Both the position numbers and the translations under genes were made by a program. This document shows, one piece after another, positions 1 through 12,320 of a stretch of DNA of 64,000 bases. Within the stretch, counting starts at the first letter, position 1. The number at the start of each line of letters is the position of its first letter. The notes beneath the pieces are model-generated. The model ran no database searches. It had not been told where the DNA came from and saw only the letters and a list, made by a program, of their open reading frames with translations. The DNA is taken from assembly GCF_054482525.1 (NCBI RefSeq), contig NZ_CM137006.1; one strand, 5' to 3'.

Positions 1-513
1 CGTTTTCAGCAGACGAAATTCCGCAGGCGTCAGGTCAAGCATTTTTCCGCGCCAGGAAGCCTGAAAACGACCTTCGTCGATAATCAACGGGCTTTCAGCA
101 TCCTGTTGCTGCAACTCACGCTGGGGTTTGCAACGGCGCAAAATGGTTTTGACGCGCGCTACCACTTCCCGTGGGCTGTACGGTTTGCAGATGTAGTCAT
201 CAGCGCCAATTTCCAGCCCCAGCAGGCGGTCGATCTCTTCGATTTTTGCTGTCACCATCACGATCGGAATGTCAGAAAAACGACGAATTTCCCGGCACAG
301 CGTCAAGCCATCGGTGCCAGGGAGCATCAGATCCAACAGGATCAGATCCGGTGGTGTCTGGCGCACATACGGCAGTACCTGATCGCCGTGGCTGATAAGC
401 GTCGGCGCATAGCTCGCAGCACGCAGATAATCAATGAGTAACTGCCCCAGCTTCGGTTCATCTTCCACGATCAAAATACGCGGTGTGTTTTCGTCGATTG
501 GTAACTCGGTCAT
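1..513 (-). CDS. baeR: Response regulator BaeR, N-terminal 171 codons; the gene continues past the left edge of the window
   Basis: Reverse complement from 513 reads [26 protein letters not shown]..., a receiver-domain N-terminus. The ATG (511-513) overlaps the baeS stop (510-512). Not in the ORF track because it runs off the edge. Confidence 0.85.
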
Positions 514-1913
514 ACTTCTCTCTGTAAATCCCGTTCCAGCGGTAACTCTACTGTAATGCTTACCCCGCCAAAAGGCGAATGGGCAGCAATAATGCGGCCA
601 TTATGTGCTTCAACAATGTTCAGGCAAATCGCCAGCCCCAGCCCGGAACCGCCGCTGGCGCGGTTCCGGGAACCTTCGGTGCGATAAAAACGTTCAAACA
701 ATTTTTGTAGCTGATCGTCACTGACGCCCGGCGCGCTGTCAGCAAAGGTCAGGCGCACCGTTTTGTCGTGCTGCTCGGCAGAGATTTTCAGGCTGCCGCC
801 GCTGTCAGTGTAGCGCAGGCTGTTTTCCAGTAAGTTATTGAATAACTGCATTAAACGGTCGCGATCGCCAAATACAGTAATACTGTCTGGCAGGGAAAAT
901 TGCAGTTTCAGGCCACGGCTGGCGAATCGTTCGCGAAATGCGCCGCCCGCCACTTCCAGCAGTGGGATCAAATCTACCGGTGCTTTTTGATAGGCGAGAG
1001 CGCCTTCATCAGACATCGACAACTGATGCAGATCGTCAACCAGTTTGGTCAGTGTACCGACCTCCGCCTGTAAAGACGCCACCGTCTCCGGCGTGAATTT
1101 ACGCACGCCATCCTGAATGGCTTCCAGTTCACCGCGCAGCACCGCTAATGGCGTACGCAGTTCGTGAGAAATATCGGCCATAAAATCGCGGCGCATTTGC
1201 TGGTTTTTCTCCAGCGTGCTGGCGAGCTGGTTGAAGTCTTGCGCCAGTTTGCCCAGTTCATCTTCACTGGTGGGCGTCACGCGGGTAGTGAAATCGCCCG
1301 CCGCCAGTTTGTGCGTGCCGTCCACCAGCCGTTTTACCGGTGCCAGCAAACCACGCGCCAGCAGAAAGGTAGCGAGTGCCGCGAGTAACGTTGCCAGAGC
1401 GACAATCAGCCAGCTGGTTTGCCGCTGTTGTTTATCGAAATTGATATCAGTATTGCGGGTCAGTCGCTCAACAGGGGAGGCAATCACCGCACCCACTTCC
1501 GCACCGTTGACCAGAATGGGTCGCCGTGTACCGTCAGGTGGAATCGGCGCTCGCGGACCAACCAGCACTTTGTTGTTTTGATCAACCACCCAGAACTGGG
1601 TACGCCAGCCGTGCGGTGGCATACCCGGGCCGGGTTTATCTTCCGAATTATCGTGTTCAAATGAACGCAGGATCTGAAAGACAAAGCGATCATTGTTGCG
1701 CAGGAAGCGCCAGTTACCATGCTGCGCATACTGCTCGCCAAGCGCATCACTTAACAGTTGTAATCGCTGTTCATTACCATGCTTGATGTAATCAATAAAG
1801 CCACGCTCAAAACTGATACGCACCGCCCAGTGCATACTGATCAGCAAGACAATGCAGGTGGCGAAAATCGCCAGAAACAGTTTGCCGGTAATACCGGGTC
1901 GCCAGAACTTCAT
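510..1913 (-). CDS. baeS: Envelope-stress sensor histidine kinase BaeS
   Basis: 467-aa ORF with two hydrophobic segments, a HAMP-like linker, the H-box ([12 protein letters not shown]) and an ATPase domain (GGSGLGLAI). Same length as E. coli BaeS; sits between mdtD and baeR. Confidence 0.92.
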
Positions 1914-3325
1914 TGCGCGCTCCTTTTTCGCCGCGAAATAGCTACATTTTGATGCGTATCGTTCGGCACTCTGGCAAAGATGAACGCCGGAAGGGCGATG
2001 ATAAACGCCATGCTAAGCCAGGTGTACATAAAGACGGTTTGTGTGGTGCCGCTGTCGACGCTGACATGCTGTGAACCAAAAAGTCCCAGCAACAGCCCGG
2101 CGATAGTGACGCCGATACTCATCGACAATTGCATAATCATCGACAGCAGGCTGTTTCCGCTGCTCGCCAGATTGTCCGGGAGATCTTTCAGCGTCAGGGT
2201 GTTCATGGAGGAGAAACGCGTCGAGTTGACCATCCCTTGTAAAAACAGGACGAACGGCAAAACGTAGTACCAGCCCAGCAGAGCAGTGGTCATAAACAAC
2301 AGGGTGACCAGCGACAGACCCAGCGTGGTCGCCACCAGTACCCGACGATAACCAAAGCGATTCACTACCTGTACCACAATTCGCTTCATCCCCATGCTGC
2401 CGAGCACCATCGGGATCATCATCAGTCCGGCATGAAACGGTGAGAAGCCAAGGCCAATTTGCAGGAAAACCGGCGTCATAAAGGGCAACATGCCGCTACC
2501 GATACGTCCGGCAAAGCTCCCCGCCAGGCCCAGCGAAAAGGTACGAGTGCGGAACAGTTTCAGACTGAACAGGGCGCGGTTGTTATTTCTGGCGTGCAGC
2601 AGATAAAGCACCAGTGCCACCACGCCAACTGCGACCAGGCCAGCAATCGCCAGCGGCGATAAACCTGTACCTTTACTGCCGTCCAGCGCCAGGGTTAATA
2701 CCGCCATGCCAACCGCCAGCAATAAAAAGCCGGAGAGATCAAAGCGCCGCGTCTGCATGGTGTAGTTCGGCATTAACATCAGTGTGGCGATCGCACCGAT
2801 AATCCCCACCGGAATGTTGATCAAAAAGATCCAGTGCCAGGAGGCGTACTCCACCAGCAGGCCGCCGAGCGCCGGACCGAGCAGCGGCCCGACCTGACCG
2901 GGTAACGTGACAAAGGTCATCGCCGCCATATATTGCTCGCGCGGTACGATTTTCATCACCGTAAGCCTTCCGACCGGCACCATCATCGCACCGCCAACGC
3001 CCTGTAACGCGCGTGCCAGCAACAGTTCGTTCAGCGTGCCGGAAAGCGCGCAAAACAGTGAACCGAGAGTAAACAGCACGATGGCGGTAAAGAAAATATT
3101 GCGCACGCCGACTTTGTCCGCCAGCCAGCCGCTGGCGGGCAGCATCACCGCCACGGTCAGTACATAAGAGACAATGACCATGTGCATATGCAACGGACTT
3201 TCCCCGAGACTTTGCGCCATTGAGGGAAGCGCGGTGTTAACGATGGTGGTGTCCAGCGACTGCATAAAGAAGCCGAAAGCCACAATCCACAATTGCCAGC
3301 GGGTGCTGTCGGGAAGATCTGTCAT
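1910..3325 (-). CDS. mdtD: MFS transporter MdtD
   Basis: 471-aa polytopic membrane protein; its stop overlaps the baeS start. Position and length match mdtD of the mdtABCD-baeSR operon. Confidence 0.9.
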   Translation of the reverse strand: MTDLPDSTRWQLWIVAFGFFMQSLDTTIVNTALPSMAQSLGESPLHMHMVIVSYVLTVAVMLPASGWLADKVGVRNIFFTAIVLFTLGSLFCALSGTLNELLLARALQGVGGAMMVPVGRLTVMKIVPREQYMAAMTFVTLPGQVGPLLGPALGGLLVEYASWHWIFLINIPVGIIGAIATLMLMPNYTMQTRRFDLSGFLLLAVGMAVLTLALDGSKGTGLSPLAIAGLVAVGVVALVLYLLHARNNNRALFSLKLFRTRTFSLGLAGSFAGRIGSGMLPFMTPVFLQIGLGFSPFHAGLMMIPMVLGSMGMKRIVVQVVNRFGYRRVLVATTLGLSLVTLLFMTTALLGWYYVLPFVLFLQGMVNSTRFSSMNTLTLKDLPDNLASSGNSLLSMIMQLSMSIGVTIAGLLLGLFGSQHVSVDSGTTQTVFMYTWLSMAFIIALPAFIFARVPNDTHQNVAISRRKRSAQ

Positions 3326-6300
3326 TTACTCGGTTACCGTTTGTTTAGGTTTACGCGAAAAACGCAGCCGCAGACGGTCGAAAAAGAGATACACCACCGG
3401 CGTGGTATACAGCGTCAGAAGCTGGCTCATTACCAGACCGCCGACAATGGTGATCCCCAATGGTTGCCGCAGCTCCGAGCCGTCACCGCCCGACAATACC
3501 AGCGGCAGCGCACCAAACAGCGCCGCCAGGGTAGTCATCATAATCGGGCGAAAACGCAGCAGACAGGCCTGGAAAATAGCTTCCTGCGGCGTCAGGTTAC
3601 CGTGCCGTTGGGCTTCAAGCGCAAAATCGACCATCATGATGGCGTTTTTCTTTACGATGCCGATTAATAGCATGATCCCTATCAGGGCGATTAGGCTGAA
3701 CGGGGCATTGAACAGTTCCAGCGCCAGCAGCGCTCCAACGCCCGCCGAGGGCAGGGTGGAGAGAATCGTCAGCGGATGTACGTAACTCTCGTAAAGGATA
3801 CCCAGCACGATATACACCGTGGCGATGGCGGCGATAATCAGGATCACCTGCGAGTTCATCGTCTCCTGGAACACCTGCGCCGTGCCGGCAAAACTACCGC
3901 GCACCGTCGAAGGCACACCAAGCTGGGTCATTGCGCGATCGATCGCTGCACTGGCGTCCGAGAGCGATTTCCCGGTCGGCAGGTTGAACGAGATGGTCGA
4001 GGCTGCCGATAATCCCTGATGATTCACCGACAGCGGAGCATTCGCCGGTTGCCATTTAGCGAAATACGACAGCGGGATCGCTTTTCCTTCGTTATTGATA
4101 ACGAACATTTTTTCCAGCGCGCTGATGTCCTGGGTATAGCGCGGATCCACTTCCATCACCACTTTATACTGGTTCATCGGCTGGTAAATGGTCGAGATTT
4201 GCCGCTGACCGAAGGCGTTATTTAACAGACTGTTGGCGGCTTGCACGTCGATTCCCAGCCGTGCCATGGTGTCGCGGTCGTAAACCAGATTCATCTCCGC
4301 GCCGTTATCCTGCTGGTCGGAGTTCACGTCCGCCAGTTCCGGCAATGTCGCCAGTTTTTTGCGGATTTTCGGCTCCCATTCGCGCAGTGCCGCCAGGTCG
4401 TCGGATAACAACGTGTACTGGTAGCTGGCGTTCGACTGACGTCCGCCAACGCGAATATCCTGTACCGCCATCAGGAACAGATTCGCCCCCGGTTCTTTCG
4501 CCAGCTTCACGCGCAGACGGTCGATAATTTGCTGCGCCGTTTCGCTGCGTTCGCCGCGTGGCTTCAGCGTGATAAACATCATCCCGCTGTTCACCCGCGA
4601 ACCGCCGGTAAAGCCGGTAACATTATCCACCGCCGGATCGTCACGGATAATTTTCATAAAATCCTGCAACTTACCGCGCATTGCCTGAAACGAAATACTC
4701 TGATCCGCCTGTATCCCACCCATCAGGACGCCGGTATCCTGCTCCGGGAAGAAGGTTTTCGGGATCGAGATATATAGCCAGATATTCAGCGCAATGGTGC
4801 CAAGCAACACCACGCCCACCAGACGGGTATGATTAAGCACCCATTTCAGCGACTTACCATAGCCTTGTTGCAGGGCTACCAACATGCGACCAAAACCACG
4901 TAGTCGCTTTTGCTCGCGCGGCTTGCTGGCTTTTAGCATCCAGCCGCACATCATTGGCGTTAGCGTCAGAGAAACCAGCAACGAAATACCAATGGCGACA
5001 GAAAGCGTCACGGCAAACTCGCGTAACAGTCTGCCCGGCAATCCGCCCATCAACAGCAGCGGCAGAAACACCGCCACCAGTGACAGACTCATCGACAGCA
5101 CCGTAAAACCGACTTCGCGAGTACCTTGCAGTGCGGCCTGTAGTGGTTTTATCCCCGCTTCCAGGTGACGGGCAATGTTTTCCAGCACCACGATGGCGTC
5201 ATCCACCACGAAACCAGTAGCAATAGTGAGCGCCATTAACGACAGGTTATTGAGACTGAATCCGCACAGGTACATCGCCGCAAACGTACCAATCAGCGAA
5301 ACCGGCACCGCAACGGCGGGAATAATAGTGGCGCGACCCGAGCGCAGGAATAAAAACACCACCAGAATCACCAGCGCCACCGAGATAATCAGCGTTTGCT
5401 CGACTTCTTCCAGCGAGGCGCGAATGGTGGGGGAGCGATCCTGGGCAATTTGCAGATCAATCGCCGCCGGAATGGTTTCCTGCAACTCCGGTAATTTTGC
5501 CCGGATGCTGTCAACCGTCTGGATAATATTGGCTTCCGGCAGCTTGCGGATCATCAGCAAAATAGCCGGTTTGGCATTGGTCATCCCGGCGTTACGTACA
5601 TCCTGTACAGAGTCGGTCACCGTCGCCACATCGCCCAGACGAACCGCGCCGCCGTTGTTGTAATGAATAATCAGCGGCTGATATTCAGCGGCGGTTTTTA
5701 GCTCATCGTTGGTCTGGATCTGCCAGCGGTGAGTGCTATCTTCCAGCGCCCCCTGCGGTTTACGCACGTTGGCATTGCTGATGGCGCTGCGCACATCGTC
5801 CAGCGACACGCCCTGATTAAACAGCGCCTGCGGATTCAGCCCGACGCGTACGGCGGGCAGCGAGCTGCCGCCAACATCGACATCACCGACACCGTCGATT
5901 TGCGAAATCGTCGGAGCCAACTGCGTCGAGGCGAAATCGTACAGTTCACCCTGCGAATAAGTATCGGACGTCAGCGTCAGGATCATTATTGGCGCATCCG
6001 ACGGGTTCGCTTTGCGATAGGTCGGACGGCTTGGCATCCCGCTGGGCAGCAAACTTTGCGCGGCGTTGATCGCCGCTTGCACATCGCGCGCTGCGCCGTT
6101 GATATCGCGGTCAAAATCAAACTGCAAAATAATGCGCGTGCTGCCGAGCGAACTGCTGGAGGTCATTTCACTGACCCCGGCAATGCGCCCAAGCGAACGT
6201 TCCAGCGGCGTGGCAACGGAAGACGCCATTGTTTCTGGTGACGCACCGGGCAGCGAGGCGCTGACCATAATCACCGGAAAATCGACCTGCGGCAGCGGGG

Positions 6301-6403
6301 CGACCGGCAGCATACGGAAGCCCAGTATGCCGCACAGGGTAATGGCGACCGACAGTAAAATCGTCGCCACCGGGCGGTAAATGAAGAGGGCAAAAAACTT
6401 CAC
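3326..6403 (-). CDS. mdtC: RND multidrug efflux pump subunit MdtC
   Basis: 1025-aa ORF with RND/AcrB-family topology, directly abutting mdtB (stop at 6404 next to start at 6403). Confidence 0.93.
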   Translation of the reverse strand: MKFFALFIYRPVATILLSVAITLCGILGFRMLPVAPLPQVDFPVIMVSASLPGASPETMASSVATPLERSLGRIAGVSEMTSSSSLGSTRIILQFDFDRDINGAARDVQAAINAAQSLLPSGMPSRPTYRKANPSDAPIMILTLTSDTYSQGELYDFASTQLAPTISQIDGVGDVDVGGSSLPAVRVGLNPQALFNQGVSLDDVRSAISNANVRKPQGALEDSTHRWQIQTNDELKTAAEYQPLIIHYNNGGAVRLGDVATVTDSVQDVRNAGMTNAKPAILLMIRKLPEANIIQTVDSIRAKLPELQETIPAAIDLQIAQDRSPTIRASLEEVEQTLIISVALVILVVFLFLRSGRATIIPAVAVPVSLIGTFAAMYLCGFSLNNLSLMALTIATGFVVDDAIVVLENIARHLEAGIKPLQAALQGTREVGFTVLSMSLSLVAVFLPLLLMGGLPGRLLREFAVTLSVAIGISLLVSLTLTPMMCGWMLKASKPREQKRLRGFGRMLVALQQGYGKSLKWVLNHTRLVGVVLLGTIALNIWLYISIPKTFFPEQDTGVLMGGIQADQSISFQAMRGKLQDFMKIIRDDPAVDNVTGFTGGSRVNSGMMFITLKPRGERSETAQQIIDRLRVKLAKEPGANLFLMAVQDIRVGGRQSNASYQYTLLSDDLAALREWEPKIRKKLATLPELADVNSDQQDNGAEMNLVYDRDTMARLGIDVQAANSLLNNAFGQRQISTIYQPMNQYKVVMEVDPRYTQDISALEKMFVINNEGKAIPLSYFAKWQPANAPLSVNHQGLSAASTISFNLPTGKSLSDASAAIDRAMTQLGVPSTVRGSFAGTAQVFQETMNSQVILIIAAIATVYIVLGILYESYVHPLTILSTLPSAGVGALLALELFNAPFSLIALIGIMLLIGIVKKNAIMMVDFALEAQRHGNLTPQEAIFQACLLRFRPIMMTTLAALFGALPLVLSGGDGSELRQPLGITIVGGLVMSQLLTLYTTPVVYLFFDRLRLRFSRKPKQTVTE

Positions 6404-9400
6404 TTACGCCTCCTCTTCATGACGGGCAAAGCGGCTTTTGGTCCACAATGCCAGGCGGTCGAATAGCAGATAAATCACCGGCGTGGTGAACAGCGTCAGC
6501 ACCTGGCTGACAATCAGACCGCCGACCATGCCGATACCTAACGGACGACGCAGTTCCGCGCCGACCCCGGTACTCAACATCAGCGGCAGCGCGCCAAGCA
6601 GAGCCGCCAGGGTGGTCATCAGGATCGGACGAAAACGCAACAGACAAGCCTGGTAGATTGCATCGCGCGGCGACATGCCTTGCTCGCGCTCAGCAGCCAG
6701 CGCGAAGTCGATCATCATGATGGCGTTCTTCTTCACGATACCGATCAGCAAAATAATGCCGATAATTGCAATCACATCCAGTTCGCTACCGGCAATCATT
6801 AACGCCAGCAGTGCGCCAACACCTGCCGTGGGTAGCGTCGAGAGAATGGTGATCGGGTGAATAAAGCTCTCGTACAGAATGCCGAGCACGATATACATCG
6901 CCACCACCGCCGCGACAATCAGCCAGACAGTGCTGCCCAGCGCCGACTGGAAAGCGAGGGTGCTGCCCTGGAACTGCGTGGTGATATCCACCGGCAGATT
7001 CAGCGTCTTTTCGGTGTCCATAATCGCCTGCACCGCATCGCCCAGCGAATAGTTATCCGGCACGTTAAAGGAGATAGTCGTTACCGGAAACTGATCCAGA
7101 TGGTTGATGGAGAGCGGCGCAAAACGCTGCTCAATTTTGGCAATTGAGCTTAGCGGCACCACGCCGCCGTCGCTGCTGGTCAGGCGAATGGTATCCAGCG
7201 CCGCGAGGCCTGGGGTATTTTCGGTGTTGTGTTCCAGCACCACGCGATACTGGTTAGCCTGAGTATAAATAGTGGAAATCAGCCGCTGACCAAACGCGTT
7301 GTACAGGGCGTTATCGACATCCGCCATGCTGATCCCCAGACGGCTGGCGCTGTCGCGATCAACATTGACATACGCCACCAGCCCTTGGTCCTGCCAGTCG
7401 CTGGAGACATCAGAAAGCTGTGGCAACTGCTGGAGTTTTTCCATCAACTGTGGCACCCAGGTACTGAGCGCATCCAGTGACGTGGCCTGCAAGGTAAACT
7501 GGTACTGGGTGCGGCTGACCTGAGTATCGATGGTCAGGTCCTGCGTTGGTTGCAGGAAGAGATCGACGCCCGGCACTTTATCCACCGCCGTTTGCAGACG
7601 GGCGATGACTTTTTGCACCCGGTCATCTCGTTCATCCAGTGGTTTGAGATTGATCTGTAAACGCGCACTGTTCAGCGACGGGTTAGTGCCATCAACGCCA
7701 ACAAATGAGGTCAAACTTTGCACTGCCGGATCCTGCAAAATCACGTCCGCGACCTGGCGTTGCCGCTGGGCCATATTGGCAAAGGAGCTGGATTGCGGTG
7801 CCTGCAAAGTGCCCTGAATAATGCCGTTGTCCTGCACCGGGAAGAAACCTTTCGGAATGAACACCCACAGCAGCACGCTAAGCAGCAGCGTGCTGAGTGC
7901 CACGCTTAAGGTCAGCCACGGATGATTCAGCACTTTCGCCAGTCCACGACCATAGGCGGCGATTATCCTGTCGAACATTTTCTCCGAGGCTCGGGAGAAG
8001 CGATTCTGTTTACGCAGCGACTCCTGGCTGAGCATCCGCGCGCACATCATCGGCGTCAGAGTCAGCGACACCACGGCTGAGATCAAAATCGCGACTGCCA
8101 GAGTAATAGCAAATTCGCGGAACAGTCGCCCGACGATATCGCCCATAAATAGCAGTGGGATCAACACTGCAATCAGTGAGAAGGTCAGCGAGATAATGGT
8201 AAAGCCGATTTCACCCGCGCCTTTGAGCGCCGCCGCCAACGGTTTTTCGCCTTTTTCGATATAGCGGGAAATGTTTTCGATCACCACGATGGCGTCATCG
8301 ACCACAAATCCGGTGGCGATAGTTAACGCCATCAGCGTCAGGTTATTGATTGAAAAATCGAGAAACACCATGACCGCGAAGGTGCCGATTAACGACAGCG
8401 GCACTGCGACGCCGGGAATGATGGTCGCCGGAATATTACGCAAAAACAGGTAGATAATCATGACTACCAGCGCGATAGCCATCATCAATTCAAACTGAGT
8501 ATCATCGACCGATGCGCGGATGTTGGTGGTGCGGTCAGAAAGCACCGTCACTTTTACCGATTTCGGCAAACTCTCGGTGAGTTGTGGCAGCATCTGCCGG
8601 ATGCTGTCGGCGGTGGAGATAATGTTAGCACCGGGCTGGCGCTGAACATTCATCACAATGGCCTGTTCTTTGTTCGCCCACGCGCCGAGCCAGCTGTTTT
8701 CTGCTCCTTGCTCTACGGTTGCGACATCGCCCAGACGAATCGGCGCGCCGTTCTGGTAGGCGATGATCAGCTGGCGATACTCTTCGGCGGATTGCATCTG
8801 GTCGTTCGCGGAAAGTGTGACCGCACGGGAAGGGCCGTCGAGGCTACCTTTTGCCGAGTTAACGTTAGCGCCGGTAATAGCGGTGCGCGCGGTTTCGCTG
8901 GTCAGGCCGAGGGCGGCAATCGCCTGGGCGTTAAGTTTGACGCGAACAGCCGGACGCTGGCCGCCGGAAAGCGTCACCAGGCCGACGCCGGAAATCTGCG
9001 AGATTTTTTGCGCGACGCGGGTTTCCACCATATCTTCCACCTGGGTCATCGGCATGGCGGTTGAGGTGACGGCGAGCGTCATGATCGGCGGATCTGCCGG
9101 GTTCACTTTGCTATAAACCGGCGGGTTAGGTAGATCGCTCGGCAACAAGTTGGTCGCAGCGTTAATCGCGGCCTGCACTTCCTGCTCGGCGACATCGAGC
9201 GGTAATGTTAGCTGGAACTGCAAAGTGATAACTGACGCACCGCCGGAACTTTGCGACGACATCTGTTTCAGGCCAGACATCTGCCCGAACTGGCGTTCGA
9301 GCGGCGCGGTAACGGCAGAGGTCATGACATCCGGGCTGGCACCTGGGTAGAGGGTGACCACCTGAATGGTTGGATAGTCCACTTCCGGCAGCGCCGAAAC

Positions 9401-9526
9401 GGGCAGGGCGCGATAACCGATAATCCCGGCGAGTAAGATCGCCACCATCAGCAGCGTGGTGGCGACAGGACGCATAATAAACAGGCGCGACGGGCCGCCT
9501 GTGCTGCTCGGGGGTAACACCTGCAT
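6404..9526 (-). CDS. mdtB: RND multidrug efflux pump subunit MdtB
   Basis: 1040-aa RND-family ORF, paralogous to the adjacent mdtC product. Confidence 0.93.
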   Translation of the reverse strand: MQVLPPSSTGGPSRLFIMRPVATTLLMVAILLAGIIGYRALPVSALPEVDYPTIQVVTLYPGASPDVMTSAVTAPLERQFGQMSGLKQMSSQSSGGASVITLQFQLTLPLDVAEQEVQAAINAATNLLPSDLPNPPVYSKVNPADPPIMTLAVTSTAMPMTQVEDMVETRVAQKISQISGVGLVTLSGGQRPAVRVKLNAQAIAALGLTSETARTAITGANVNSAKGSLDGPSRAVTLSANDQMQSAEEYRQLIIAYQNGAPIRLGDVATVEQGAENSWLGAWANKEQAIVMNVQRQPGANIISTADSIRQMLPQLTESLPKSVKVTVLSDRTTNIRASVDDTQFELMMAIALVVMIIYLFLRNIPATIIPGVAVPLSLIGTFAVMVFLDFSINNLTLMALTIATGFVVDDAIVVIENISRYIEKGEKPLAAALKGAGEIGFTIISLTFSLIAVLIPLLFMGDIVGRLFREFAITLAVAILISAVVSLTLTPMMCARMLSQESLRKQNRFSRASEKMFDRIIAAYGRGLAKVLNHPWLTLSVALSTLLLSVLLWVFIPKGFFPVQDNGIIQGTLQAPQSSSFANMAQRQRQVADVILQDPAVQSLTSFVGVDGTNPSLNSARLQINLKPLDERDDRVQKVIARLQTAVDKVPGVDLFLQPTQDLTIDTQVSRTQYQFTLQATSLDALSTWVPQLMEKLQQLPQLSDVSSDWQDQGLVAYVNVDRDSASRLGISMADVDNALYNAFGQRLISTIYTQANQYRVVLEHNTENTPGLAALDTIRLTSSDGGVVPLSSIAKIEQRFAPLSINHLDQFPVTTISFNVPDNYSLGDAVQAIMDTEKTLNLPVDITTQFQGSTLAFQSALGSTVWLIVAAVVAMYIVLGILYESFIHPITILSTLPTAGVGALLALMIAGSELDVIAIIGIILLIGIVKKNAIMMIDFALAAEREQGMSPRDAIYQACLLRFRPILMTTLAALLGALPLMLSTGVGAELRRPLGIGMVGGLIVSQVLTLFTTPVIYLLFDRLALWTKSRFARHEEEA

Positions 9527-10773
9527 CAGGAGCGTGCTCCTTTTTTCGCGTATTCGCGGCTGGTGGCTTTCTCTTCCGAAGTGGTGGCGCTCTGGGCTTC
9601 CACCACTTCCACTTTCGCCCCTTCGGTCAGGCGATCAATGCCATCCGTCACTACGCGGTCGCCCGCAGAAATACCTGCGCGGATCACCACTTTCTGACTG
9701 TCCTGAATGCCCGGCGTCACCAGATGTTTGCTGACCTTGTTTTCGCTATTCAGCACCCAGACAAAATGGCCTTCGTTGCCCATTTGCAGAGCGGCGGTGG
9801 GGATCACCACGGCGTTTTGTTCGGTGTCGACTAACATACGCGCGTTAACAAACTGATTGGGAAACAGCGCATCATCCTGATTATTAAAGCGTGCTTTCAC
9901 TTTAATCGTACCGGTAGTGGCATCGATTTGGTTATCGAGACTTAACAGCGTGCCTTCACTTAATTTCTTCGAGTTGGTGCGATCCCAGGCTTCAACAACC
10001 AGCGGTTTTCCGGCTTTTTGCGCCTGTACTACGGTAGCGATATCGCTTTCCGGCAGGGTAAAGAGCAAATCGATAGGATGCGTCTGGGTGATCACCACAA
10101 TCCCGGTGGTATCACCACTGGAGATTTGGTTACCAACATCAACCTGCTTGAGGCCAACGCGACCATCGACTGGTGCGGTAATACGGCTCCAGTCGAGCTG
10201 CAGCTGCGCGCTGGCGACGCTTGCTTCATCAGCCTTAATGGTGCCTTCGGTTTCACTGACCAGCGCTTGTTGGGCATCCAGCTCCTGGCGGGAGACAAGA
10301 TTGGTTTTTGCCAGTTGTTGATAACGCGCCAGGTCACGGCGGGCGTTGGCAAGCGTGGCTTTATCTTTTGCCAGTTGGCCCTGGGCTTGTGCTAATGCAA
10401 CTTTGAACTGGCTTGGGTCAATTTCTGCCAGTAAATCGCCTGCTTTGACCTGCTGGCCTTCCTGGAAATGTAACGCCATCAGTTGACCGTCCACGCGGCT
10501 GCGCACCGTAACGGTATTAGCGGCGGTAATGGTGCCAAGCCCGGTGAGATAACGTGGCACAGCTTGTTCTACGGCAGTCGCCGCCTGAACCGGGGCTAAT
10601 GGGCCGGCACGCATACCACGGCGACCACCCGCTGGCGATTGCTGCGCTTGTTTCGTCGCCCCTGGGGCTGCACTCCGGGAGTCATTGCGGCCTTGCCAGA
10701 ACCAGAATGCGGCGATGGCGGCGATAACCACCACGATTACGATTACCCAACGGGATTTATAACTGCCTTTCAT
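9526..10773 (-). CDS. mdtA: Membrane fusion protein MdtA (periplasmic adaptor)
   Basis: The ORF track gives 9526..10920 (464 aa). I place the start at the internal ATG (reverse complement of 10771-10773, [16 protein letters not shown]...), which gives 415 aa and a signal-anchor N-terminus. The upstream extension has no support. Confidence 0.88.
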   Translation of the reverse strand: MKGSYKSRWVIVIVVVIAAIAAFWFWQGRNDSRSAAPGATKQAQQSPAGGRRGMRAGPLAPVQAATAVEQAVPRYLTGLGTITAANTVTVRSRVDGQLMALHFQEGQQVKAGDLLAEIDPSQFKVALAQAQGQLAKDKATLANARRDLARYQQLAKTNLVSRQELDAQQALVSETEGTIKADEASVASAQLQLDWSRITAPVDGRVGLKQVDVGNQISSGDTTGIVVITQTHPIDLLFTLPESDIATVVQAQKAGKPLVVEAWDRTNSKKLSEGTLLSLDNQIDATTGTIKVKARFNNQDDALFPNQFVNARMLVDTEQNAVVIPTAALQMGNEGHFVWVLNSENKVSKHLVTPGIQDSQKVVIRAGISAGDRVVTDGIDRLTEGAKVEVVEAQSATTSEEKATSREYAKKGARS

Positions 10774-10826
10774 CGTTAAGAGTTTCTCTTCCTGAAACGT
10801 TTCGCGGAATGATACTAGTGTAGCCA

Positions 10827-10844
10827 GCCAATAAGGGAGAAAAA
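10827..10844 (-). promoter_or_regulatory. BaeR-box-like motif in the mdtA promoter region
   Basis: Reverse complement of 10827-10844 is TTTTTCTCCCTTATTGGC, close to the published BaeR consensus TTTTTCTCCATDATTGGC. It lies about 55-70 bp upstream of the mdtA start. Confidence 0.6.
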
Positions 10845-10999
10845 TGGAGGAATTATGAAACACTATCGGGAATCGTCTGAATGGCGGGCACATTTGCGAG
10901 CACGCATCCAGTAATAACACATGAAACTATTTTATCTACGCGTTAGCGATAGACTACGTGCATGGCGAAAGGAGGTAAGCCGATGATTTCAGCGGGACG

Positions 11000-11145
11000 C
11001 TGAAACGGGAAAGCCCCTCCCGAGGAAGGGGCCATAAATAAGGAAAGGGTCATGATGAAGCTACTCATCATCGTGGTGCTCTTAGTCATTAGCTACCCAG
11101 CATACTAAGACTACCAGGGCGGGGGAAACCCCGCTCTACCCTCAC
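11000..11145 (-). ncRNA. sibB: Sib-family antisense sRNA (antitoxin) overlapping ibsB; boundaries approximate
   Basis: A minus-strand promoter-like element lies downstream of the ibs stop (TTGACA as reverse complement of 11174-11179; weak -10 near 11151-11156). A minus-strand hairpin followed by a U-rich tract lies near 11000-11040. The extent is inferred, not mapped. Confidence 0.4.
11052..11108 (+). CDS. ibsB: Ibs-family type I toxin, 18-aa hydrophobic peptide (MMKLLIIVVLLVISYPAY)
   Basis: Hand-translated ORF preceded by the SD-like AGGAAAGGG. The peptide matches the Ibs toxin family. The A/B assignment is from memory of the K-12 peptides and the copy nearest mdtA. Confidence 0.75.
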   Translation: MMKLLIIVVLLVISYPAY

Positions 11146-11329
11146 TCCTGAAAGTATGCCTTCACGATAAGATTGTCAATCTGCAGGCTTTGCAGTCTGC
11201 GATCCTGCCAGCAAATATTCTTTGCGAGACGTTACGCAATAATCACACTGGAAACTATTTTATCCGCAAGTCAGCGATAGACTGCATACAGGGCGAAAGG
11301 AGGTAAGCCGACGATTTCAGCGGGACGCT

Positions 11330-11480
11330 GAAACGGGAAACCCTCTCCCGGAGAAGAGGGCTTTTAATAAGGAAAGGGTTATGATGAAGCACGTCATCAT
11401 ACTGGTGATACTCTTAGTGATTAGCTTCCAGGCTTACTAAGAACACCAGGGGGAGGGGGAAACCTCTCCCTAACCCTCAC
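11330..11480 (-). ncRNA. sibA: Sib-family antisense sRNA (antitoxin) overlapping ibsA; boundaries approximate
   Basis: Same architecture as the first unit: minus-strand -35-like TTGACA (reverse complement of 11509-11514) and the hairpin CCCTCT...AGAGGG at ~11341-11360. Confidence 0.4.
11381..11440 (+). CDS. ibsA: Ibs-family type I toxin, 19-aa hydrophobic peptide (MMKHVIILVILLVISFQAY)
   Basis: Hand-translated ORF in the second repeat unit, with an SD-like GGAAAGGG upstream. Confidence 0.75.
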   Translation: MMKHVIILVILLVISFQAY

Positions 11481-11660
11481 TCCTGAAATTATGTCACTCC
11501 GCCCTTAGTGTCAATCGACGGCTCTCCGTTCTTGCGAGGCGAATAGCAAAATTTTCTGCGCCGCCGGGCCTAATTCTGAAAGTTTCTTCGTTTGCTCTTA
11601 TTTCATTGTTGCAGTCGGTATGATACCGGACCTCGATAATTCTCTAAGAAAGGATTTCTT

Positions 11661-12320
11661 ATGAGCGAACAAATCACGTTTGCCACCAGCGATTTTGCCA
11701 GTAACCCGGAACCACGTTGCCCCTGCATTTTGCTGCTGGATGTTTCTGGCTCGATGAGCGGCAGACCTATTAATGAACTTAATGCCGGATTGGTTACCTT
11801 TCGCGATGAGCTGCTTGCCGACCCGCTGGCCTTAAAAAGAGTGGAACTCGGTATTGTGACGTTCGGCCCGGTGCATGTGGAACAACCATTTACCAGCGCC
11901 GCTAATTTTTTCCCGCCCATCCTGTTTGCCCAGGGCGATACACCAATGGGCGCCGCCATTACCAAAGCCCTGGATATGGTTGAGGAGCGCAAACGTGAGT
12001 ATCGCGCCAATGGTATTTCCTATTATCGTCCGTGGATTTTCCTGATCACTGATGGCGCACCAACCGATGAGTGGCAGGCTGCCGCCAACAAAGTGTTTCA
12101 GGGGGAAGAAGATAAGAAGTTTGCCTTCTTTTCCATCGGTGTTCAGGGGGCGGATATGAAGACTTTGGCACAAATCAGCGTTCGTCAGCCTTTGCCACTG
12201 CAGGGATTACAATTCCGTGAACTGTTTAGCTGGTTATCCAGTTCGCTGCGTTCGGTTTCCCGCTCCACGCCGGGAACTGAAGTTGTGCTGGAAGCGCCAA
12301 AAGGCTGGACGTCAGTGTGA
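11661..12320 (+). CDS. yegL: von Willebrand factor A (VWA) domain protein, TerY-like
   Basis: 219-aa ORF with a MIDAS-type motif ([11 protein letters not shown]) and downstream ...TPMGAAI... / ...LITDGAPTD..., typical of VWA domains. Its stop overlaps the start of the next gene. Confidence 0.85.
   Translation: MSEQITFATSDFASNPEPRCPCILLLDVSGSMSGRPINELNAGLVTFRDELLADPLALKRVELGIVTFGPVHVEQPFTSAANFFPPILFAQGDTPMGAAITKALDMVEERKREYRANGISYYRPWIFLITDGAPTDEWQAAANKVFQGEEDKKFAFFSIGVQGADMKTLAQISVRQPLPLQGLQFRELFSWLSSSLRSVSRSTPGTEVVLEAPKGWTSV

Larger units (their letters stand above)
10921..11480. repeat. Two tandem copies (~240 bp each, ~330 bp period) of the ibs/sib type I toxin-antitoxin repeat unit
   Basis: Units at ~10921-11160 and ~11245-11480 align closely by eye (e.g. 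GCGAAAGGAGGTAAGCCGA(T/C)GATTTCAGCGGGACGCTGAAACGGGAAA, then the tiny ORF, then CCAGGG...GGGAAACC...CCCTCACTCCTGAAA). Confidence 0.8.

Noticed and set aside
3174-9116. Numerous 60-200-aa ORFs on the plus strand inside mdtC and mdtB (e.g. 3174-3785, 5175-5663, 8582-9064)
   Set aside because: They are antisense to long, well-supported RND genes and are typical shadow ORFs of GC-rich coding sequence.
10921-10986. 21-codon ORF ([21 protein letters not shown]) at the start of the first repeat unit
   Set aside because: No ribosome-binding site, not conserved in frame in the second unit, and it lies in the probable promoter/leader region.
10983-11003. Tiny upstream ORF (MISAGR) with a strong SD (AAGGAGG) in the first ibs/sib unit
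   Set aside because: In the second unit the corresponding start codon is ACG, not ATG (GCCGACGATTTCAGCG), so the ORF is not conserved. The SD-like sequence and following hairpin are more likely RNA structure within the ibs leader or Sib RNA.
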